Below, one piece after another: positions 38,080-47,173 of a DNA stretch of 64,000 nt (its first letter is position 1; every line of letters begins with the position of its first letter). Source of the DNA: Nitrosopumilaceae archaeon (GTDB lineage Archaea > Thermoproteota > Nitrososphaeria > Nitrososphaerales > Nitrosopumilaceae); assembly GCA_965203465.1 (NCBI GenBank), contig CBDBCR010000003.1, positions 768,001-832,000 on the forward strand, written 5' to 3'. The position numbers were made by a program, and so were the translations under genes. Below the pieces are notes generated by a model that saw nothing but the letters and a program-made list of their open reading frames with translations, was not told the DNA's origin and did not search any database.

Positions 38080-38350
38080 CGCGTCGCGATCGCGCCTTTG
38101 CCTTGCAACTTGTTTTCGATCCGGACGCTTGCGGATCCGCTCCGGATCGGCCGGCGCGCCCGCGATTAAGTGCTCGGCCCGGTTGAGCACGTCCGGCTCT
38201 TGCCGGCGGCCCGGCTTCGCTCCGGATCACGGCGCGTCTTTTTAGGCGCCGTCGGCGGTTTCGGCGACCGCCGCCGTACTGCGCGAATCCGGCGATTGCG
38301 CCGTTGTCGCGGAGGCGACTGCGCGACGGGCTCAAGAAACGGCCGTTCCC
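38080..38350 (-). pseudogene. Heavily eroded relic of the vapB-like gene and its upstream region
   Basis: Nucleotide similarity to 52356..52720, e.g. ACGGGCTCAAGAAAC(G/T)GCCGTTCC, AAAGACGC(G/T)CCGTGATC(C/T)GGAGCG and GCCGATC(C/T)..GAG(C/T)GGATCC. Peptide relic PADPERIRK...RRDRDAR. Confidence 0.6.
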
Positions 38351-38504
38351 GGCCACAGATCCGGCGGGCGCCGCCCCGCGTCCTGCGCCGGGGCTTGCGC
38401 CTGAACTGAAGGGGGGCGGCCGTGCGCCGCCGGATTTTGCCCCGTTGGGCTTTGTCCGCGATCGGAGGCGGCCGCGGTGCGCGCTCTTGCGCGTACCGGA
38501 TCCG

Positions 38505-38890
38505 TCCAAGCCTCGGCCGACGAGATTGTCGGAATCCCGCGGCGGCGCGCCGCATCCGACATCTCGGCGTCGTCGGTTGCCAGAACCGGCCCCCCGCGTT
38601 CTGCCGCGACTACGTACGCAGAATCGTAAAACGTGAGCCCTGTAGAGGCGGCCATGTAGTGTTCCAAGCCGCGCATGTCGATGACGTGATGCTCTCCGTA
38701 ACTTGCATGCACCTGTTGAACTGCAACATGGCATCTTTGTCTTTGGTCTGTTTTTTCGATACTGCGTGCCGAGCTCGTATTTCGTGAGATCTAACGGGGC
38801 TTGGCCAACGAAGTGGTCATGTTGTGTGGTTTTAGAATGTTGAAAAACGCGCTGGCGTCGTAGAGCCTGTCCGTCTTACCTTGCGTCGCG
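38505..38890 (-). pseudogene. VapC (PIN) toxin pseudogene
   Basis: RLYDASAFFNIL / LDLTKYELG / GLTFYDSAYVVAAE..LATDD in different frames. Stop TAG changed to TGG relative to the copy at 50856. Confidence 0.8.
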
Positions 38891-39144
38891 GCCCGCGCGT
38901 ATGAGCCTCACGACCTCTTTGCTCATCGTCGATCTCGGCGTGCCCCGGATCCACTCGAAATCGGCCCGGGTGAGTTCGGGCCGGGCGTCTCTGCCGACCA
39001 CGTACCCTTCGTTCTTGCGCTGCCACAATTCAAAGAGGAGCTGTGCCCGCTTTTTGAGCATGGCCGCTTCGGCTTAGCGGCTCGCTGCTGTTCGGCATCA
39101 AGCCCGGCTTCGGGTTCTTCCGCGGTTCCGGCAGTAGTGGCCAC
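38876..39144 (-). pseudogene. VapB-like antitoxin, frameshifted
   Basis: MLKKRAQLLFELW...ADFEWIR..STMSKEVVRLIR.GRD.R (38876..39061). The N-terminal VATTAGTAEE from GTG 39144 is in another frame. Confidence 0.65.
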
Positions 39145-39355
39145 GTTGCGCGCCGCGGCCGGCAGACGTTTCGTTGTTGCTACAGCATTCTGCGTCCGCC
39201 CTTTCCGTCCGGCCGGAACCGGCGCCCGCCGCGGTTCTCGGCGTCCAGAAATCCCGGGCGGGCCCCGCGGAGCGGAGCCTGCGCCCGCCGCCGGGCCGGC
39301 TTTGCCGGGCCTTTCCCAGACGCTATATATTGCGACTTTGGGGCCGCGGCCAGTC

Positions 39356-40285
39356 ATGAAGGTCGCGGTCATAGGCGCAGGCTACTGGGGCGCAAAGCAC
39401 GTCAGGGAATACCTGGCGCTCGGCTGCGAGGTGACCGCGGTCGATACCGACCCCGAGCGCCGCAAGTACTGCATGAGGTTGGGGGCGCGGGCGGCCTCGC
39501 TGGCCCGGGCGCTGTCAGATCCGGCGATAAAGCACGTGAGCGTGTGCGCCCCCAACGCGCTCCACTTCGATCTGGCCTCGCGCGCGATAAAGGAGGGCAA
39601 GCACCTGCTGGTCGAAAAGCCGCTCTGCCCGACCTCTGGGCAGGCGCGCTCGCTGCACCGGCTGGCCCTCAAAAAGGGCTCAAAGCTGCTCTGCGGCCAC
39701 ATATACAGGTTCAACAACGCCGTGGAGAGGGCCGGGCGGCTGATGCTGTCCGGCAGGCTCGGCGACGTGCTGCAGGTAAAGTGCTCCTGGCACCAGAACC
39801 TGGACTTTGTGAGGGACCGCAACATACTGCTCGACATCGGGCTGCACCCCGTCGACATCGTGCACTGCTGGCTGGGGGGCGCGCCGCGCAGGGCGGAGTG
39901 CGTGCCGCGCGCGTTCACGGCGGGCTACGCCCAGAGCGCGTTCCTCGACTACGCCGTCCATTTTGAGGGGCGCAGGATCGACGTGGCCGTGGACCTGAAC
40001 TGGATATCGCCGCTGCGCAGGCGCGACGTCGTGGTGCTCGGGACGCGCCGGGCCCTGTCCCTGGCGGCGGCCGAGCAGAGCCTGACGCTGTACGACGGGG
40101 CAGGGCGGGCCTCGCGCGTGCGCCTGAAAAAGAACAACGCCCTGCGCGACCAGCTGTCGTACTTTGTGCGCCGCGACGCGCGGGCCATAGAGGGCGGGAC
40201 GAAGGCCAACGGCCGGGCGGCGGCCGAGATCCTCAGGATACTGGAGCTCGTCGACGGGGACAGGCTGGCGCGCTGCCATGCATGA
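39356..40285 (+). CDS. Gfo/Idh/MocA-family oxidoreductase
   Basis: VAVIGAGYWG, HLLVEKP, GHIYRFN and DIGLHPVD motifs. Confidence 0.9.
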   Translation: MKVAVIGAGYWGAKHVREYLALGCEVTAVDTDPERRKYCMRLGARAASLARALSDPAIKHVSVCAPNALHFDLASRAIKEGKHLLVEKPLCPTSGQARSLHRLALKKGSKLLCGHIYRFNNAVERAGRLMLSGRLGDVLQVKCSWHQNLDFVRDRNILLDIGLHPVDIVHCWLGGAPRRAECVPRAFTAGYAQSAFLDYAVHFEGRRIDVAVDLNWISPLRRRDVVVLGTRRALSLAAAEQSLTLYDGAGRASRVRLKKNNALRDQLSYFVRRDARAIEGGTKANGRAAAEILRILELVDGDRLARCHA

Positions 40286-41030
40286 GCTCTCGCTGCTGGT
40301 GCTCACGCGCAACTCGGAGGACATGGTGCTCGACGGCCTGGAAAAGATACGCTCGTACCTTGCCGGGTGCGACGCCGTGGGGGAGTTCGAGGTGATCGTC
40401 TGCGACTACAGCCAGGATTCTACGCCGGAGCTGGTGCGGCGGGCGGCCGCCGAGGCGCCGCAGATCCGGTACTGCGGGGCGGGCCGCGCCGGCATAGGGG
40501 CCGGCATACGGGCGGGGCTAGCCGCCGCGCGCCTGGAATACGCCATGACGTACCCCATAGACATGGCCTGGGACCTGGAGGTCATCGGGGATTCGGTGCG
40601 GGCGCTCGGCTCCGCCGACGTGGTCTTTGGGTCCAGGTACGCTGCGGGCTCGCAGGTGAGCAGGCCCCTCCTGCGGCGCCTGTTTTCGCTGGGCTACCGC
40701 CTGCTGGTGCAGGCGGTCTTTGGCCTCGGCGTGCGGGACTTGAACGGGACCGTGGCGGTCCGCATGGAGGCGGCGCGCGCCATCCGGGGCGGGCTGTCCA
40801 GCGACACCGCGTTCCTCCCCACCGAGATGGCCATAGAGGCAAGCTCGCGCGGCATGAGGATAGCAGAGATACCCTGCCGCGTGGTGGACATGCGCAACAA
40901 CAGCGTGGCGACGGTCTCGGGCCACACGCGCGACATGCTGCGCGACATGATCAGGAAAAAGCGCGCCGCGGGGCGCCGCGGCCGTGAGGGCGCGGCGCCG
41001 TCGGTGACCGGGGCCGGCCCGCGCGCATGA
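40278..41030 (+). CDS. Glycosyltransferase family 2 (DPM-synthase-like)
   Basis: EVIVCDYSQDST, GIGAGIRAG and ADVVFGSRY motifs. The DxD is atypical (PID). Confidence 0.8.
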   Translation: MHELSLLVLTRNSEDMVLDGLEKIRSYLAGCDAVGEFEVIVCDYSQDSTPELVRRAAAEAPQIRYCGAGRAGIGAGIRAGLAAARLEYAMTYPIDMAWDLEVIGDSVRALGSADVVFGSRYAAGSQVSRPLLRRLFSLGYRLLVQAVFGLGVRDLNGTVAVRMEAARAIRGGLSSDTAFLPTEMAIEASSRGMRIAEIPCRVVDMRNNSVATVSGHTRDMLRDMIRKKRAAGRRGREGAAPSVTGAGPRA

Positions 41031-41650
41031 GCCTCGCGACATCCTCTGCCCACCGTCGATCTCAGCGTGCCCCGCATCCGCTCGGATCTCGCCCCTTGCC
41101 GCGTGTTTTTACGGGCTCGTTTCGCGTGTTTACGAAGTGCCCCTCAGAGCATCTTCCCCCCTCCAATCCCGGGATTCATGGGCAGCTTGAACAAATGTCA
41201 TATTTGGCTCTTGTTCACGGATTCCAACAGCTCTTAAATAAATGCGTTTTAACAATATCTGGCTTTTCCCTGCCCATTGAATAATACTATCCCAGGAACC
41301 CGCCCACGGAGCGATCCGGGGGCTAGGAAAGCCAGCCTTGTCAACAAATTCGGTATTTCCAGCAGCTGAATAGATCAAATTTGGCAGAAGGCGTTTTTTT
41401 GGTATGGTTTTGATACTTTTGGCATCATTGGTTGTAATCTACGCATCGAGAACCGATGGCCGGGTTGCCCCCAAGACCAGCCCCAAGAGCGGGGTACGCG
41501 GTGATCCGCTTCGGGGGCGACATCAAGCGGCCGGAGCGGTGCGCGCGCCCGATCCGGGCCGCGCGGGAAAGCGCGCCGCCCTTCGCGGCCGGCCCTCCGG
41601 CCGGGCGCGCGGCCCAAGGTTATAATATGACGGCCCGGCGCCGCGCCCCG

Positions 41651-42115
41651 ATGGTGGAGGTAGGCCAAAAGGCCCCCGGCTTCGAGATACCCGACACGGA
41701 GCTCAAGATGCGCACGCTCCAAGAGTTCGCCGGCAAGAAGGTCATCGTCTCGTTCTTCGTGGCGGCAAGCTCGCCGGTCTGCGAGACGGAGCTGTGCGCC
41801 TTCCGCGATTCCCAGTCCGAACTGGCCTCCATGGGCGCGCAGGTAGTGGCCATCAGCAACGACGGCCCGTTCGCCAACAAGGCCTTTGCGGAAAAGAACG
41901 GCATCGAGTTTCCCGTCCTGGCAGACTACGCCAGCAAGGCCATAAGGGACTACGGCGTGCTGATGCCCGACCTGCTCCACATAAAGGGGTACAACGCGGC
42001 CAAGCGCTCGGTCTTCGTGGTCATGGAGGACGGGACGGTCGGCTACAAGTGGGTCTCTGACGATCCCCTAAAGGAGCCCGACTACGGCAAGATACGCGAC
42101 TTTGTGAAGGGCTAG
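41651..42115 (+). CDS. Peroxiredoxin / redoxin family protein
   Basis: VGQKAPGF, SPVCETELC and AKRSVFVV motifs. Confidence 0.9.
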   Translation: MVEVGQKAPGFEIPDTELKMRTLQEFAGKKVIVSFFVAASSPVCETELCAFRDSQSELASMGAQVVAISNDGPFANKAFAEKNGIEFPVLADYASKAIRDYGVLMPDLLHIKGYNAAKRSVFVVMEDGTVGYKWVSDDPLKEPDYGKIRDFVKG

Positions 42116-42603
42116 GATATCTCGGCTATCACGTCGCCCTTTGCGACGTTGCCGCCCTCGGATACCTTGACCGACTTTACGGTGCCGGCCCGGTGGGCCG
42201 CCACGCTCACCTGCATCTTCATCGATTCGAGCGTGCAGACCGCGTCCCCCTCCGCGACCTCGTCGCCGGCCGAGACCGAGACCGAGACCACCTTGCCCGG
42301 TATCCTGCTGCGCAGCGCGGCGGGCACCCCGCCTTGGGCCGCGCCGCCCGCATTCTTGTACACGACCGCGTCCATGCCCGGGTTCAGGTTAACAGAGACG
42401 GGCACCCCGTCTATGACCAAGTCCAGCGACGAAGAGCCGGCGCCGGCGTACCTGGCGCGGTGGTACTTTCCGTCCAGCATGAACTCGACGGTGTCGCCCT
42501 CGCACGACAGCACCCTGAGGCCCAGCTCCCTGCCGTCCACCGAGACGGAATTGGCCGACATCGAGGCCTCGCAGTCCCTGCCGTTTATCCCGTAGCGCGC
42601 CAT
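42112..42603 (-). CDS. accB: Biotin carboxyl carrier protein of acetyl/propionyl-CoA carboxylase
   Basis: LESMKMQ biotinylation motif. ATG at 42603. Confidence 0.92.
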   Translation of the reverse strand: MARYGINGRDCEASMSANSVSVDGRELGLRVLSCEGDTVEFMLDGKYHRARYAGAGSSSLDLVIDGVPVSVNLNPGMDAVVYKNAGGAAQGGVPAALRSRIPGKVVSVSVSAGDEVAEGDAVCTLESMKMQVSVAAHRAGTVKSVKVSEGGNVAKGDVIAEIS

Positions 42604-44084
42604 CACCACCCCATCCTGGCCTTCCAGGCCGACCGGTCGCGCTCGGCCGGGCGGCGCCGCCCGCCCCGGTAGAGCAGGGCCGCCGCGGCGGCGGCCTCGC
42701 GCTTTGATTCGGCGTCGGACTTTAGGTCGGCCGCCAGCCTCTCGACCATGCCGTGCCTCTTTACAAAGTCCGTCGACAGGTTCCCGTCGATGTACTCTTT
42801 GCTGCGCAGTATCGTCTTGTACAGGGGGATGGACGTCTCGACGCCCTCTATGTAAAAGTCGCCCAGCGCCGAGAGCATCCGCGTGCGCGATTCCTCGAAG
42901 GTCTGCCCCCACGCGCACAGCTTTGCCATGAGGGAATCGTAGTACGGCGAGACGGTGCAGCCGGGGTACAGGTAGGTGTCGCAGCGCACGCCGGGCCCCG
43001 ACGGCAGCTCGACGCGCGGCACCGGGCCCGTCGAGGGCGCAAAGTCGGCGAACGTGTCCTCGGCGTTTATGCGGCACTCTATGGCGTACCCGTTCATCTT
43101 GAGATCCTTTTGCTCGAACGGTATGGGCAGCCCGTTGGCGATGTCTATCTGGAGTTTCACCAGGTCCAGGCCCGAGACCATCTCGGTTATGGGGTGCTCT
43201 ACCTGGAGCCGGGCGTTTATCTCTATAAAGTAGAACTCCCCCTCGTCGGAGCGCAGAAACTCGGCCGTGCCCAGGTTGGTGTACCCGACCGCGTCGGCCG
43301 CCTTTACCACCAGGTCCCCGATGCGCTCGCGCGTCGCCTCGTCGACTGCCGGGGACGGGGTCTGCTCTATGAGCTTTTGGTTGCGCCGCTGTATGGAGCA
43401 CTCGCGCTCGAATATGTGGACCGCCTTGCCCTGCGCGTCGCGCGCGAACTGGTACTCGATGTGGCGCGTCTTTTCGAGGAACTTTTCCACCAGGACGGCC
43501 GACTTGCCCACCGCGGCCATCGATTCGCCGGTCACCGCCTCGTAGGCGGCGGCCAGCTCGCCGTCGCCTCCCACCAGCCGTATGCCGCGCCCGCCGCCCC
43601 CGTACACCGACTTTAGCAGCACGGGGTAGCCTATCTTGGAGGCCACCGAGAGCGCCTCCTCCGCCCCCGAGACCAGGCCGGGGCTGCCCGGGACGGTCGG
43701 CACGCCGGCCTTTAGCATGGCCGCCTTGCACTCCATCTTGTCGCCGCACAGGTTCATCGACTTTGACGTGGGCCCGACAAAGTTCACCCCGTTCCTCTCG
43801 CACAGGTCGGCAAAGTCGCCGTTCTCGGACAAAAACCCGTAGCCGGGGTGCACCGAATCGGCGCCCGACGACAGTACGGCCTCGAGTATCTTTTGCTGGT
43901 TGAGGTACGACTCGGCCGGCGCGGCCGCGCCGATGTGGCGAGCCTCGGTGGCGCGCTTTACGTGGAGCGAGTCGGCGTCCTCGTCCGAATACACGGCGAC
44001 GGTCTTTATGCCGAGGCGCGCGCAGGTGCGCATCACCCTCAAAGCTATCTCCCCGCGGTTGGCTATGAGCATCTTTTCTATCAT
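42603..44084 (-). CDS. accC: Biotin carboxylase
   Basis: IANRGEIA, HPGYGFLSEN, GGGGRG, RECSIQRRNQK and NARLQVEH motifs. Confidence 0.95.
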   Translation of the reverse strand: MIEKMLIANRGEIALRVMRTCARLGIKTVAVYSDEDADSLHVKRATEARHIGAAAPAESYLNQQKILEAVLSSGADSVHPGYGFLSENGDFADLCERNGVNFVGPTSKSMNLCGDKMECKAAMLKAGVPTVPGSPGLVSGAEEALSVASKIGYPVLLKSVYGGGGRGIRLVGGDGELAAAYEAVTGESMAAVGKSAVLVEKFLEKTRHIEYQFARDAQGKAVHIFERECSIQRRNQKLIEQTPSPAVDEATRERIGDLVVKAADAVGYTNLGTAEFLRSDEGEFYFIEINARLQVEHPITEMVSGLDLVKLQIDIANGLPIPFEQKDLKMNGYAIECRINAEDTFADFAPSTGPVPRVELPSGPGVRCDTYLYPGCTVSPYYDSLMAKLCAWGQTFEESRTRMLSALGDFYIEGVETSIPLYKTILRSKEYIDGNLSTDFVKRHGMVERLAADLKSDAESKREAAAAAALLYRGGRRRPAERDRSAWKARMGW

Positions 44085-44090
44085 CGTACA

Positions 44091-45638
44091 TCACAGGTTT
44101 ATGTTGCCGTGCTTGCGCGGCAGGTGCCTCTCGCGCTTGCCTGACAGCATGCGCAGCGCCCTTATCACGGCCGGGCGCGTCTGGGCCGGGTCTATCACCG
44201 AATCGACGGTGCCGTGCGAGGCGGCCACGTACGGGTTGTCGAACTTTTCGGCGAACTCGCCGGTCAGTTTTTCGCGCAGCTCGTCGGGTTTGTCAGAGGC
44301 GGCCAGGTCCTTGCGGTTCATTATGCGCACGGCCGCCTCGGCCCCGAGCACCGCGCAGCGCGCGCTGGGCCACGCGTAGTTTACGTCGGTGCGCAGGTTC
44401 TTGCTGCCCATGGCGATGTAGGCGCCCCCGTAGGCCTTGCCCACCACGACGGTCACGCGCGGGACCGTCGCCTCGCAGTACGCGTAGAGCAGCTTGGAGC
44501 CGTGCCGTATGATGCCGCCGTGCTCCTGGTTGGAGCCGGGCATGTAGCCGGGCGTGTCGACCAGCGTGACTATGGGTATGTTGAACGCGTCGCAGAACCG
44601 GATGAACCGCGCTGCCTTGTTGGAAGAATCGATGTCGAGCGCGCCGGCAAGCGACGAGGGCTGGTTGGCGACCACGCCGACTGTCCCCCCGTCCATCCGC
44701 CCGAAGCCGGTCACGATGTTGGTGGCGAAGTTTTCGTGCACCTCGAAAAAGTCGCGCTCGTCGAGTATGGACAGCACTATCTGCTTGATGTCGTACGGGT
44801 GCCTCGAGTCCTCTGGCACCACGGCCGCGAGCGTGCCGTCGACGCGGCCCGGATCGTCGGACGTCTCGGCGCGCGGCGGCTCCTCGGCGTTGTTCTGCGG
44901 CAGGAACGAGAGCAGCCTCCGTATGCGGTCCATGCACTCGTACTCGTTGGACGCGACAAAGTGCGCCACGCCGCTGCGCGAGCCGTGCGAGGCGGCCCCG
45001 CCCAGCTCGTCGGCCGTCGTCTCCTCGCCGAGCACAGTCTTTACGACGTCGGGCCCGGTCACGAACATGGTCGCGGTCTTTTCGACCATCACGATAAAGT
45101 CGGTCATGGCCGGCGAGTACACCGAGCCGCCGGCCGACGGGCCGATGCTGGCCGTTATCTGCGGGATCACGCCGGACGCCTTTTGGTTGTGGTAGAATAT
45201 GTCGGCAAAGCCGTCGAGGCTCATTATGCCCTCCTGTATGCGCGCGCCCCCCGAATCCATGATGCCGACTATGGGGCAGCCGGTCCGCATGGCGTGGCCC
45301 ATCAGCTTTGTTATCTTTTTGGCGCCCATCTGGCTGAGCGTGCCGCCCAGCACGGTAAAGTCGTAGGCGAAGACGAACGTCTTGCGGCCGGCCACCGTCC
45401 CGTAGCCGCCGACCACGCCGTCGCCGTAAAAGACCTTGTCCTGCATGCCGAACTCGTGGTAGTGGTGCGTGGCCATCGAGTCCATCTCGGTAAAGCTGCC
45501 CGGATCCAGAAGCAGCGATATGCGCTCGCGCGCGGTCAGCTTGCCCTTGCCGTGCTGCACGTCGATGCGCCCCTGCCCGCCCCCCTCGAGGGCGGCGCTG
45601 CGGCGGCCGTGGTAGTCGTCGAGTTTTGCAGAATGCAT
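44091..45638 (-). CDS. pccB: Carboxyltransferase subunit of acetyl/propionyl-CoA carboxylase (3HP/4HB cycle)
   Basis: GKLTARERI, DSGGARIQEG, DTPGY and KAYGGAY motifs; C-terminal RKHGNINL. Confidence 0.93.
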   Translation of the reverse strand: MHSAKLDDYHGRRSAALEGGGQGRIDVQHGKGKLTARERISLLLDPGSFTEMDSMATHHYHEFGMQDKVFYGDGVVGGYGTVAGRKTFVFAYDFTVLGGTLSQMGAKKITKLMGHAMRTGCPIVGIMDSGGARIQEGIMSLDGFADIFYHNQKASGVIPQITASIGPSAGGSVYSPAMTDFIVMVEKTATMFVTGPDVVKTVLGEETTADELGGAASHGSRSGVAHFVASNEYECMDRIRRLLSFLPQNNAEEPPRAETSDDPGRVDGTLAAVVPEDSRHPYDIKQIVLSILDERDFFEVHENFATNIVTGFGRMDGGTVGVVANQPSSLAGALDIDSSNKAARFIRFCDAFNIPIVTLVDTPGYMPGSNQEHGGIIRHGSKLLYAYCEATVPRVTVVVGKAYGGAYIAMGSKNLRTDVNYAWPSARCAVLGAEAAVRIMNRKDLAASDKPDELREKLTGEFAEKFDNPYVAASHGTVDSVIDPAQTRPAVIRALRMLSGKRERHLPRKHGNINL

Positions 45639-45778
45639 GGATACGCGGCCGCGCCCCTCAGCTGGCTATATTAAGCTAGTCTGATCGGGCGCGCGCCGGG
45701 CCGGGGATCGGGGCGCGGCAGGCGCCCCCTCCGTATTGCCGGAAACCCCCGGCCGGCTGCCGGTGCGCGCCTCTCCGG

Positions 45779-46099
45779 CTACAGCCTGCCCTGCGCGGCC
45801 GGCTTCGGCGGGCGGGCGGCGGCCTCGCGGTACTTGGCGAGCGCGCCCGGCCCCGCCGCGCACGCCGCGCATATGCACGCCTGCGAGACCTTTTCCAGGT
45901 CGCAGTCCTCGGAGAATTCGCACGACGGGCAGCCGGCCGGCGAGCCGCACACTATGCAGGCGAGCTCGCGCGCCTCGGCGCACTCTTCGTGGCGCACGCC
46001 GGCCCCCTTGAGCCACATGACCTGGCTGCCGACCGGTATGGCCTCGCCGCAGACGGTGCACTTGCCCGGGTACTTTAGCGGGATGCGCCGCCAGCTCAC
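45779..46099 (-). CDS. Cys-rich zinc-finger hypothetical protein
   Basis: GTG start overlapping the RFC-L stop (GTGA); CTVC...H..C...CIVC...CPSC...CICAAC. Confidence 0.7.
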   Translation of the reverse strand: MSWRRIPLKYPGKCTVCGEAIPVGSQVMWLKGAGVRHEECAEARELACIVCGSPAGCPSCEFSEDCDLEKVSQACICAACAAGPGALAKYREAAARPPKPAAQGRL

Positions 46100-47173
46100 A
46101 GCCCGGCCGCCTCCGCGTATGGCATGTGCACGGACGCGGTGCTGCGCGAGCAGTGCGTCAGGGCGCCGAGGCGCGCGTTGCGCTCGCGCTCCTTGGGGGC
46201 CGTCCCACCGTATGCGGTTGAGCAGCTGCCACGATATGCCGTACGGCGAGTACCGCAGGCCGGCGGTGTGCCCGTGCATGCCGGCCAGCACCGCGTCGAG
46301 GTACCGCAGGAGCCTCCAGTTCTGCGTGCGCAGTATCCTCCCGTGCAGCACGTCGGCGTCGGACAGCACGCGCAGGAGGCGGCGCGCCGCGGCCGGCTCG
46401 GCCGAGACCGAGCTGGCGTAGAGCGCGTTTATCTTTTCGCGCGGGTCGGCGCGCACCGAGCGCAGCGCCTCGAGCGCCTCCCCGCGCGAGGACGCCTTGA
46501 GGAACGCGCCTATCCCCTCCTCGACCGAGCGCGCCGGCGGCTGCCGGCCGAAGGATTCCAGGCCCGCGTCGGCCGCCTGCGCGGAATTCAGCATGTAGCG
46601 CATGTCCCCTCTGGACTCTATGACGAGGCGTATCACGGCGCCGGGCCCCAGCGGCGAGTTTTCCCTGTCGAGCACGTCCTGCAGGTACGTGCGCAGCAGG
46701 CGCGGGGGCACCGGCCGGAACCGTATAGTCTGGACCGCCTTGGATACGGACTTCATCTTTGGGGATTCGTCCGAGTTTGCCGCCAGCACCGCCGGCACGG
46801 CGGCCTCTTTCAGTATGGAGACGAGCGCGTCGGCGCCGCCAAAGTCCGAGCGGCCGTGTATGCCGTCGGCCTCGTCCACGAACGCCAGCGGCGGGCCGTG
46901 CAGCCCGGCGCTCTGCCCCACCGGCCCGAGCACCTCTTTGATGCGCGACTTTGTGCGCGCGTCGCTCGCGTTCATGCCCACCACGTCGTAGCCGAACCTC
47001 GCCGCGGCCAGCACGGCCAGCGTGGTCTTGCCCGTGCCTGGCGGGCCCACCAGCAGGACCGGGCGCGTGCCCTTTCTCCACGAGGCCAGCCACGACAAGA
47101 GCTCCGAGCGCGCCTCCTCGTTGCCGACCATCTCCGAGACGTCCGACGGGCGGTACTTTTCGGACCACATCAA
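46096..47173 (-). CDS. rfcL: Replication factor C large subunit (1-bp frameshift near ~46197)
   Basis: WSEKYRP, GPPGTGKT, MNASDAR and DEADG motifs. Dropping one C gives RWDGPKERERNARLGALTHCSRSTASVHMPYAEAAGL*. Confidence 0.85.

Noticed and set aside
45779-47173. Novel RFC-L / zinc-finger fusion protein (464-aa ORF)
   Set aside because: Explained by one extra C in a homopolymer. Correcting it gives a normal RFC-L stop overlapping a separate GTG-started gene.
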